From Antedon mediterranea (taxonomy: Eukaryota > Animalia > Echinodermata): DNA of 64,000 bases. The notes beneath the pieces were generated by a model. The model did not search any database. It was not told where the DNA came from and saw only the letters and a list, made by a program, of their open reading frames with translations. The stretch spans positions 18,910,001 through 18,974,000 of the forward strand of contig NC_092674.1 in NCBI RefSeq assembly GCF_964355755.1. The letters run 5' to 3'. The position numbers were made by a program, and so were the translations under genes. Below are positions 51,201 to 54,839 of this stretch, piece by piece. Position 1 is the first letter of the stretch, and each line of letters begins with the position of its first letter.

Positions 51201-53467
51201 TTAAAATTAATATTTAATACTTTTACTTTTTTGAAATTAAAAAAATGTAACAATTGTTTTTGTATCTAGTAATGTATGTACAGTATACTACAGTTGTGGC
51301 AGATCGTAGTAAAATTCCCCTTGCAATGAAATAACTTTGTAGGCCTGAAGCACACAAAATAGAAAGAGAGGGTCCGAACAGGGGAAAGAACATCCCTCTG
51401 CCCATAAATTTTTTTTTTTTTAATTAAAAAGACAGTTTTGGACAATATATTTGGCAATTATTACAATTCATCTCCAAAAAATGCTTCTCTCGCACATAAA
51501 CTAAGCCATCATCCCAGCCTAGGCCAAAGGCGGCCGACCTTGGGCGTGAAGTGCGTAGCATCGCGCTGCGCGCCGCGACACTATTTATAACTATGCCTCA
51601 ACCGACTGCCTACAAAATTCGTCCCCCATACAGTCAGTGTTTATTCTGTAGCCGTTTGAGGTTGGACAGTGATATACGCATATGTAAGTGTAATATCAAA
51701 TGGAGTAAATTTATATAATCGAATTTTATATAGATGTTCTTTCATTTTGACGCGAAAGATAAAATAAAGTCGTACTGTTTATCGCGTAGATGTAAATCCT
51801 ATTTGTTTACATTGATTTGGTGGCGTGCCGCATTGCCTACTGGGTAATCCGCTTGCCGGAATGGCTGCCCATGGAATTATCATTTTTCGAGCGTCAGTTC
51901 CATATCTTGCGCCACTACGTGGCGCTATACGATCTTTGGTATTGACTGATAGAAAGTGCCTGTTTCCAGTCACCTTTAGGGTCAAATCTATTATTTTAAC
52001 TGCTCCCTTGTGTATAAAAGAGAGAAAATAGTTGAAACCAGGTTGTTGCAAGGTGAACCCGGAAATTACTTTGACCTGCGAAGAATTGAAATTGAGTTGA
52101 AAATCTTCTGTTGAAATCATAAATTGTGTTAAAAAACTCTTTATAATATCTTCCTAAGATAGAAATATGGAACAATAGCGTCTATGTGAAAACTAATGTT
52201 ATCAAATCTACGTTTCGCGGTACATCTGAGATAGATAAGGTAGGTATCCAAGGCGGAGATTTGTACCGAAGTTTTTGCATTGTGCTCGTCTATGTCAGAA
52301 TTAACCATAATTTATATATACTGTAGACTAGATGGTACGCGAGAGAAGCGAGCGTACCATCTAGGTCGTGTCCACAGATGGTTCTCGAATACACAGTAAT
52401 TTCAGCGTAAAAAAACTTTCAATTTCAAATGTACGTACCGCAGGACTATAAATACATTGTCAGAAACGAATAAATAGACACGATGATTAATGTAGTCAAC
52501 AAAAATTAGCACACTGGGAATTAGGCCTACTTCCGAAGGAGAAACTTGTCTTAAAATGAGTCCAAAAAAATAAAACTGTCCCTGTTATAGTCGATTGAAA
52601 TAGTAAAGTACATGTAACGATACACCACTACGACGTTTAGATTTTTTATAATTACTAATTAATACAATAAACAGTAATCACATTCACAGTAAGAACATTT
52701 CACTTCAAATGGCGACCAAAAATGGTTATTACGTACAGTATTTATTTTAGTAATATTGTCAAAGTATTGCAATGCTATATCTCAGTTGTAAGTTTATTCT
52801 CAAAGGGCCCATAAATTTACCTACTTGTGTTAAACCATGGAGGGCTCATAAATTTACCTACAAACTGGGAGTCTGAGAGATTGGAATGTTCCATTCATCA
52901 CAAATCAATACATTTGTATAAACGTATATTAAATCTATCAAAATAGTATTTTTTTAAGAAAATCGGCCTGTCTTCATTCAACATTATGATACTGTACTCG
53001 AGCTTTTGAACCGGTTTTCAGCTATTAAAAACAATTATCGTAGGAGGAGATAGGAAAATGCGAAGCATCCTCGTATTATTGTGTGCAGGTATTTTTTAAG
53101 AGGACATCCATTAGACAGTGTATACTACGGTCGGAAAACACCCCTATTTGGGGCAAATCGTTCAACCTAAATTCGTTTTAATTGTCAATAACTAATTATC
53201 TAACTCAATTTAATTAGTAAATAGGGTTACATCTGGTGGTTTAAATCAGTACCGAGATTCTAACCAACTTTATATACCATCCAGTAAACATTCTAGAAAT
53301 AACGCGCGATTTACCGAATTTTGCCCTTACGTAAATTTATATATAGATAAAGATCAACATACCTTGAGCATGTCTACAACAGCAGTTCTGCCTTCTTTAG
53401 CAAGCATTACATGAAATGGATACAATTTTTCAAGGACATTTTGAACAGATGCATTTGGTACAGAATT
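161..53467 (-). CDS. VWA8: VWA8 (von Willebrand factor A domain-containing protein 8, AAA+ ATPase), partial multi-exon CDS: 21 internal exons, gene continues beyond both window edges
   Basis: Exons splice in frame via GT-AG to ~957 aa that follow recalled vertebrate VWA8 collinearly, with Walker A GPKGCGKS and GNQGVGKN, Walker B VIDEADKA, and FRMVVLANRPGFPFLGNDFFG and YPYSTREVVN motifs. Confidence 0.95.
618..796 (-). CDS. VWA8: VWA8 exon (GNVVLVIDTTNGSIQRLYL...FKMCSHLAHENCLVFYQE)
   Basis: ttag acceptor, gtactg donor; resembles VWA8 NVILLLDTTG...YKMCKEFSHKNWLVFYKE. Confidence 0.88.
1220..1407 (-). CDS. VWA8: VWA8 exon (KAAESIHLVTCSPVGLY...AALGHPLLGQIVMHEEQ)
   Basis: atag/gtaaga junctions; within ORF 1151..1438. 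Confidence 0.9.
1883..1973. repeat. 30-bp tandem repeat x3
   Basis: GACCATGTATGTATGTCTTTACCATGCTCA repeated three times. Confidence 0.95.
2228..2366 (-). CDS. VWA8: VWA8 exon (GPVQLGVRCLPMERTEARSLGFGEEVARWVIPLDEHNIITDVAVTK)
   Basis: ttag/gtgaat junctions, phase-consistent. Confidence 0.9.
2639..2747 (-). CDS. VWA8: VWA8 exon (LPLPAIILSSHWKYDNFRSSDRKMLCPVEEKNIKVK)
   Basis: gtag/gtaaga junctions, phase-consistent; resembles KLLCPVE motif. Confidence 0.87.
3543..3694 (-). CDS. VWA8: VWA8 exon (KFPNEGIANVVKNVFDFD...GIPIGAQPTNVQLAK)
   Basis: tcag/gtaagc junctions; strong similarity to VWA8. Confidence 0.93.
4152..4357 (-). CDS. VWA8: VWA8 exon (DIFSCHAVDNPD...YPYSTREVVNMVKHLE)
   Basis: aag acceptor, gtaagg donor; highly conserved segment. 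Confidence 0.94.
4914..5033 (-). CDS. VWA8: VWA8 exon (GSHIQPSENVIVTHPNFRMVVLANRPGFPFLGNDFFGSL)
   Basis: caag acceptor, gtaagt donor; AAA sensor-region motif. Confidence 0.94.
5545..6715 (+). mobile_element. Non-autonomous Tc1/mariner (pogo/Tigger-like) DNA transposon
   Basis: 24-bp TIR CAGTCAACTCTCCCAATACCGGAC with 1 mismatch at the right end, TA on both flanks, subterminal AAAACCGGA repeats; internal stub MAKRKRNELDLT at 6184 resembles a Tigger transposase N-terminus. Confidence 0.85.
6888..7023 (-). CDS. VWA8: VWA8 exon (VKAVKLGHVLVIDEADKAPTNVTCILKSLVENGEMVLADGRKIVA), Walker B
   Basis: gtag/gtttgt junctions; not in ORF track, translated by hand. Confidence 0.93.
7376..7885. repeat. ~120-bp CGGGAT-rich subterminal tandem array (~4.3 copies)
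   Basis: TTTTGGTCGGGAATTTCGGTCGA recurs at ~7387, 7505, 7625, 7745, 7864. Confidence 0.93.
10561..10932. repeat. ~185-bp tandem duplication
   Basis: Two near-identical copies starting TGTCGTCAAGACA at 10561 and 10750. Confidence 0.92.
12380..12905. repeat. ATCCCG-rich subterminal array (GTTGCGTACAAAATCCCG units)
   Basis: About ten interleaved copies of TGCGTACAAAATCCCG and AATTTTATAAACAAAATCCC. Confidence 0.9.
13307..13382 (-). CDS. VWA8: VWA8 exon (DTTVQSLTLQPNVQGGVIIYEDSPL)
   Basis: ctag/gtaagt junctions; matches DTTVQTLTLQP...YEDSPL. Confidence 0.93.
13455..14440 (-). pseudogene. L2/CR1-group LINE reverse transcriptase fragment
   Basis: YRPISIFPILSKIIER, DLKKAFDTVDH, GIPQGSILGP, YADDT, KHLG; truncated at both ends. 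Confidence 0.9.
14505..15450. mobile_element. Probable non-autonomous DNA element (Crypton-like?) with a long subterminal hairpin
   Basis: Begins ATATTACATAGCCTATG...GATTGGTT, ends TATCTGTATAATAATA; ~137-nt hairpin at 15281..15417. Boundaries and class uncertain. Confidence 0.4.
15510..15658 (-). CDS. VWA8: VWA8 exon (HLSIMEDMLKDFLLGEHLLLIGNQGVGKNKVIDRFLHLLNKPRQYIQLH), Walker A
   Basis: tcag/gtaaac junctions; P-loop GNQGVGKN. Confidence 0.95.
15922..16028 (-). CDS. VWA8: VWA8 exon (EVTNNIVRIGTTTIPVSSPDNQMMVPDTLFYENSQ)
   Basis: tcag/gtaagc junctions, phase-consistent. Confidence 0.92.
16326..16426 (-). CDS. VWA8: VWA8 exon (FLPQLAHQALDKALEDAGMHPRPTDIDMKTAIS)
   Basis: tcag/gtgagt junctions, phase-consistent. 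Confidence 0.9.
16935..17050 (-). CDS. VWA8: VWA8 exon (LQSLSSSLSTRNLVRIARRLSTHPNDCLHYAVNKANLS)
   Basis: ctag/gtattg junctions; SLSTRxLxRIxRRL motif. Confidence 0.93.
17662..17739 (-). CDS. VWA8: VWA8 exon (VPGFHEASLEQLLNFSHRLRNATDPT)
   Basis: gtag/gtaagt junctions, phase 0. Confidence 0.92.
17912..18984. repeat. 47-bp minisatellite, ~23 copies
   Basis: AACAAAGTAAAGGATCCAAAACACAAGTTGTTGAGTTATATCTTAGT, near-perfect, no spacers. Confidence 0.97.
19997..20608 (+). repeat. 5' LTR
   Basis: TGTGAT...ATTACA; contains CCAAT boxes, octamer ATGCAAAT (20330) and AATAAA. Confidence 0.97.
20609..20622 (+). other. Primer binding site (TGGTGGAAGACCCA), primer tRNA not assigned
   Basis: TGG directly after the LTR CA; the first 7 nt resemble a tRNA-Ala-type PBS, then it diverges. 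Confidence 0.65.
21326..22291 (+). CDS. gag: Gag (capsid + CCHC zinc knuckle), 321 aa
   Basis: PKRYDG...SLQGQARLW...LKTQFINRF capsid-like pattern; CYYCGKPGHIARHC knuckle. Confidence 0.93.
   Translation: MVDVVDNEVILNEPVNPHPVPHLRQTDFLPKRYDGSITDHDQCSAHYLSFTDYLEAHTLENPVNNAQLINVISIFKRSLQGQARLWIEGKQFDSLESLKTQFINRFSKNKSIYAHIREYDSITYTTGDNAEKHLTKIKQAADRIGYADQQIKNKFISTLPPKCRAAVAMSTPIDSTIENIVNSTQNYLDLSVDDATREVSFNINKETDRPNSLESLQHEINSLKLDMATTKRSLNDDTRRSRSPTRNYIPRRNRSPSPYKPRFQTPPTPRYRQPPPTCYYCGKPGHIARHCRQQNRSYGNYPPPYPYQQSNNYYPSHQQDF
22282..26997 (+). CDS. pol: Pol (protease, RT, RNase H, integrase), entered by -1 frameshift from gag
   Basis: LFDSGS protease; DLKSAF, QGL, HHDD RT; SDTS, YSVTELE, DH, ADFLSR RNase H; H..H..CLRC, LDF, SD, VER integrase; frame open from 22273 with no stops. 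Confidence 0.95.
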   Translation, partial: GFLKRGLDAAYNLAPHTKYDNFKAKYLGNSDNIDLLLNDRNYVKGNLPDGRNVLTLFDSGSTRTIISQSYVNSSLYLSRLKPVKVNTTKFRLGNGDFLYANHLVQFELFIQGHKFKISALIVKNLTGIDLILGTETLSELDGTLNFKENTFRIRPKIFSFRPVHKIFLKPGDTKTVKLKGRVPAFVRNSDVVLHATTHISKLCPSDMLVKLHRGETNIDITNNTNRNVSLNTHQPIASLHLTNLVTVTNDLPIDRIKLTNDNANKYPHLERTDPLLSLTEEEIIRKQVDLTDSVLTHREKEDLYKTLQQNRNAFSLYGELSSCPNFKADIHLSDDEPFFIRPYFATDKDKNVIEAELNKLVKLGILAVGHQSYTSPVLLVSKKNSKDKRVVTDFRYLNSRIKRINHPFPLLAETLKTIGNANAQILSVIDLKSAFHCVPLAEHAQQYTGIASYHGGKHYYYKRLAQGLNVSPGIFQAKIDEILNEIPNSREFCIAHHDDIILFSQDKFAHKQHLVSVLQALQLNGFRICPKKCKLFKNKVQYMGHTILINSSGHACITPLGDRCAAIRNLPVPRTHKETKRFIGAVNYVSHFFPQIQSILRPLHTLASKRRKFVWSTDHQKAFDEIKQLMVKPPTLQMPRKEGRFTLYSDTSRTATGSYLTQTVNDKEHIIGYYSKILPQACQRYSVTELELFGLYINVSAFRHLLKGCEFDAFVDHSAIVQIWNSKDQPCTPRLQKLILRLSGYIFQIGYKKGTELVLADFLSRAPRDDDSEIDQVVPIAFNITETASLNPITNTSTSRPVTRSYAKKMGINIPDLHKPKPKQTPVINQNPVTTNTRPTPQPSTTPQIITRQQTNAHRSPPIITPPIATPPPIRNVNIRQPPEERLVDKNKQSKDTTHRNVPVELYTSPKPLVPNITEFKSAHIPKQQDLDRLMDVIQRKIIRDYNLPVDVKQLRVEQETSPFFKPVYDYLVHDILPADKKAARAVQNKSEQYILCNGLLFRLFFQDKGGEFVLQLAVPENLAETVISQYHDNLLSSHQGTMRTYLTIRKLFYMPLMFEKVNNYTQACLRCQQFRPKTDKLRPLHDRVPATYRPFHTLSLDFKSMPTSPSGFKHIMVVCDEITRFLICVPLKSIDAETICEALIQKVISIFGPPSRLISDAATSLTGKLLTLLCNTLNIDRKIISVHNHGSLQVERHIRTVSDLLKVNLNQFGTDWVRFVSTTCYAYNSFSSPHLGNHSPYELVFGRQPPSLTSLAFNPISGLSHSYEEYFEHLKKKFQNISQTMLQLQRTQQNVQNSKISQRLEKCPIYSVGQLVYLYKPTSSSLTANSKKIAAEWVGPLVIHEVLDRTHYILATIKGEILRDVFNYNRLKPCFMRTPKERKNFTHLQKLKQLLNEPTDDNNDKIQNTINVVNDETNVEFVDEHDRTPTQLQSDTLTHPTKVEPLNFQPYIDCVENNMGLAAPFQMKEEQIKEQTNLIMTAPNDSIMTLNRGRFKAGHFQVLVSYSKPTSAKRNTDETKHESNDRQFWWNIDRYNDTDKLIKEIINDKQIPISGSPKRFIKRLYNATNY
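27931..28815 (+). CDS. Gypsy ORF3, 294 aa; possible N-terminal BTB/Skp1-like fold and C-terminal RING-like zinc finger; not env-like
   Basis: Intact ORF with AAAATGG start between pol and the 3' LTR; Cys/His pattern CxxC-x17-CCGTFFHxxC-x10-CxxC; no signal peptide or long hydrophobic run. Confidence 0.75.
   Translation: MESEKLDLTQLCLKHKIQMTPLSTECALIKKIILYQSEQNVILHITKTMPFTLDSLKRVLLFLCDIRPADQLTNLKLNTLLHIGSYLCCFDKMSSPIIDYIWKHKSEPALLDFSTIDLSINLDGIATCIPNTHEFHRQHIYSMTLLLLAITKDIKAPQCTAFFSRVRQQTGIIPQDELKPSEHSPFGYVVTKYKKKLYSHIRNMQYLENKYQDTPCQICQCNPEIKNFHTDCTINKCCGTFFHKNCQQISLNKKYQCLNCGMVYLNEIPYTTTYMLDIPWSAFRFYRLLYKPTD
29243..29268 (+). other. Polypurine tract
   Basis: AGAAAAAAAAAAGGGAAACAGAGGGA abutting the 3' LTR. 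Confidence 0.9.
29269..29880 (+). repeat. 3' LTR
   Basis: Identical by eye to 19997..20608. Confidence 0.97.
32220..32391 (-). CDS. VWA8: VWA8 exon (GILPIHHSFRIIGLAEPPSIG...MFLFHQVKPLSFKEEMTVLHGI)
   Basis: gcag/gtaagt junctions. Confidence 0.93.
32887..33000 (-). CDS. VWA8: VWA8 exon (LVHDREVTLFDGTRLIGHDRYEELKQKHDLTDTELKQ)
   Basis: ttag/gtaatt junctions. Confidence 0.93.
33107..34187. mobile_element. Non-autonomous hAT-like element with 5-bp TSD (hAT5-like)
   Basis: TIR CAGGGGCGGACGCAG / rc CAGGGGCGGTCACAG; ACCTG on both flanks. Confidence 0.75.
34982..35053 (+). tRNA. tRNA-like cloverleaf, anticodon ATC (Asp-like); probably tRNA-derived repeat or pseudogene
   Basis: GCCCCAG/TTGGGGC acceptor, GTCT/GGAC D stem, TCTGC/GCAGG anticodon stem with ATATCAA loop, CCGAG-TTCGAGT-CTCGG T arm, G discriminator, T run downstream. 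Confidence 0.6.
35304..35338 (-). ncRNA. Minimal hammerhead ribozyme motif (Penelope-type)
   Basis: Minus strand CA-CUGAUGA-A-GGGC-UAGUGUU-GCCC-GAAA-GCUC-UG. Confidence 0.65.
36076..36236 (-). CDS. VWA8: VWA8 exon (DMTSRDFLQQRMTSPNGDTSWRLSPLITAAVDGSIAVLDGLHRVNPGTLAVLN)
   Basis: tcag/gtatat junctions; within ORF 36006..36233. Confidence 0.94.
36469..36546 (-). CDS. VWA8: VWA8 exon (GCGKSLLVKRFASMLGYQLELVMLYQ)
   Basis: atag/gtcagt junctions; second half of Walker A GPK|GCGKS. Confidence 0.93.
36974..37234 (-). CDS. VWA8: VWA8 exon (KFELLEDKYG...ADMMLSHSVKDFCLIGPK)
   Basis: tcag/gttagt junctions, 87 codons. Confidence 0.92.
37651..38053 (-). pseudogene. HIRAN-like domain gene inside the pogo element (one frameshift, one stop)
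   Basis: SRIKGHHVFQ..EMICKLEPEN..NAIKV..VRHVP..IAPLM, continuing after a 1-nt shift as KAKITG..APEGKWVLGGGVEIPCRFYIF. Confidence 0.65.
38245..39630 (+). pseudogene. pogo (POGK/Tigger-like) transposase, decayed, with one ~120-bp intron (38970..39089)
   Basis: RKVYTRDYKL..TAKEFSIDRKLVRE (BrkDBD-like), FKTSNGWFMNFKKR (CENP-B HTH), NMDQTP, ITDVHKAQ, QPLDVVFNKPFK (DDE_1); stops and frameshifts. Confidence 0.9.
41234..42102. mobile_element. Foldback-type element with GGACAACTACCC tandem array and ~150-bp inverted arms
   Basis: About 20 copies of GGACAACTACC(C); arms ~41600..41762 and ~41952..42096 are reverse complements. Confidence 0.7.
43135..44528 (-). mobile_element. Penelope-like element fragment (RT + GIY-YIG endonuclease), decayed
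   Basis: KSLFTNVP, MGSPLSPVIANI, RYVDD, LPFLDV; PGVYCIPCECAKVYFGETGR..TRLKE..REAIEI. Confidence 0.92.
43157..43196 (-). ncRNA. Minimal type I hammerhead ribozyme at the 3' end of the Penelope element
   Basis: CUC-CUGAGGA-C-GAUCAA-AGCAUA-UUGAUC-GAAA-CGUU-GAG. Confidence 0.8.
45724..45919. repeat. 32-bp minisatellite x6
   Basis: ATGTCAGTTAAGCCTTCAACATGTATACCTAG perfect copies. Confidence 0.96.
47220..48043. repeat. 39-bp minisatellite x21
   Basis: ACATGCCAACCCCTGCTGAAGTGTATAGGTGTAGTTGTA; one unit carries a 5-bp insertion. Confidence 0.97.
48860..49670 (+). pseudogene. Internally deleted LINE ORF2 fragment (APE endonuclease joined to RT; L2/Rex-Babar-like)
   Basis: KRGRRAG; CNARSLCNK..AGITESWF..GGGVVLY; QQFG..IDFSKAFDQVNH. 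Confidence 0.8.
49832..51938. mobile_element. Non-autonomous P-superfamily-like DNA transposon
   Basis: CAAAG...CTTTG termini, ~100-bp bipartite inverted ends, 8-bp TSD GTATTGAC (49824-31, 51939-46). Confidence 0.8.
52167..52327 (-). mobile_element. Helitron-like 5' segment (family B)
   Basis: TCTA(CAGTA)TATATAAATTATGG start; ~160 bp shared with 63720..63875. Confidence 0.55.
52328..53347 (-). mobile_element. Non-autonomous Helitron-like element (family A), ~1 kb
   Basis: A|TC 5' end; 3' hairpin CTAGATGGTACGC-loop-GCGTACCATCTAG ending CTAG|T; no TSD. Confidence 0.75.
53363..53467 (-). CDS. VWA8: VWA8 exon (NSVPNASVQNVLEKLYPFHVMLAKEGRTAVVDMLK)
   Basis: ttag/gtatgt junctions; resembles LYPYSILLGHEGKMAVEGVLK; followed by a ~16-kb intron. 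Confidence 0.9.
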
Positions 53468-53695
53468 CTAAAAAGAAAAATCATTATTAGGTTTTATAAC
53501 ACTAATTAACTGAATACAGGGAAATAACAAATCATAGTTAAAATAGGTTAGGGAGCCTCTCAGAACAAGTCAAACCGTCGGCCACACCCTGTCATCAACC
53601 TGGTTAATTAACCCATAAATAGCGATGCGCATAGATTATATTGGGAATTTTCCATTACCAATGGGTTAAGAAGGCCACTGAATGGTTCGTATTAA

Positions 53696-54321
53696 AGCCC
53701 CATTCCCTACGTTTTTTAGATCTGATTTAAGATCACAAACTATATTTAATGTAAAAATAATACTATATGATCCTATTGTGATAACTTTTTTCGTCTTTAA
53801 ACGGTTAAAAATGTGAAAAATAAGTCGATTCTAATAATTATAGCGGCCCGCTATAAATCCCAAAATGCATTGCGCGCGGATTGATATTTTTGTTTTTCAC
53901 CTGTAATTCGCCCACTTTTCGATCGATCGTGAGGCCAAAACAAATGGAAGACTCCTAACTTTTCAGCGAAAATACCGGGTTTTCCCCAATTTGTATCAAC
54001 GGAGTCTGGCAAAAATAGAAAGACAATTAATGCAGCAACTATACAACGTCAGGCTAGGTATATAGGTAGCGTACGATGTTCGTACGTTACCGATGTTTAC
54101 CAGCTAGGCCTACAAAACTAAGCCTAGCTAGGCTAGGCCTAAGACTGTCCACGAGAGGTCGATCGCCGCGAGCTACTTAGGTAGTGCATTGTTTCTCACT
54201 TTTTATCATAATTTACCATAAAACGTACATTTAAGACAAGGAATGACATGGTTTAATGTTTTTAAAGTGATATATATGTATTATTTTCCAAAAAACGTCC
54301 AAAATTGCAGGGAAGGGGTCC
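53696..54321. mobile_element. Kolobok-like non-autonomous DNA transposon
   Basis: TTAA on both flanks, purine-purine termini, imperfect TIR AGCCCCATTCCCT / rc GGACCCCTTCCCT. Confidence 0.7.
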
Positions 54322-54839
54322 TTAAACATTCAGTATTCAACAAATTACTGATGTTAGTCTTTAGATCATTGCCGTCGTGAGGTGGTTTCCCGAATGATCG
54401 TAAAATCAAAACGGTACTGGGTATGACCAACTAACGTTCTTGTCACCAACTAGTCATCCATTCATAGAAGTACTGATGTAGTAGCCTATCTGTACGGTGA
54501 CCATAGAATGTGACCCGAGACAAGACTAATACTACAACTTTTAGTTGATAGAAGATTGAAAAAATTTTGTTAAGAAGAGTTGTACTGTATGTGGATGTTT
54601 AATGAAATTATGTCAATAATGATAACATACTAGCCTAGGCATATAAATAGTAATGTTTGTTAGTATAAATAATAAGAATAAGATATAAGGAAGAAAAGCA
54701 AAGAGACTATGGAGTGGCTATTCATACAATACTAAGTATCGTAGTTTTAAATTATAAATTTTAGGCGATCTTGTCAAAGGTCAAGCGCCTATAGCCTGCC
54801 ACGTTTCGATATTCAATATTGAACTTGACCTCAACATCA

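Noticed and set aside
41024-53347. One 12-kb transposon with ~210-bp TIRs
   Set aside because: No TSD; each side has its own TC start and matching 3' segment, better explained as two Helitron-like copies.
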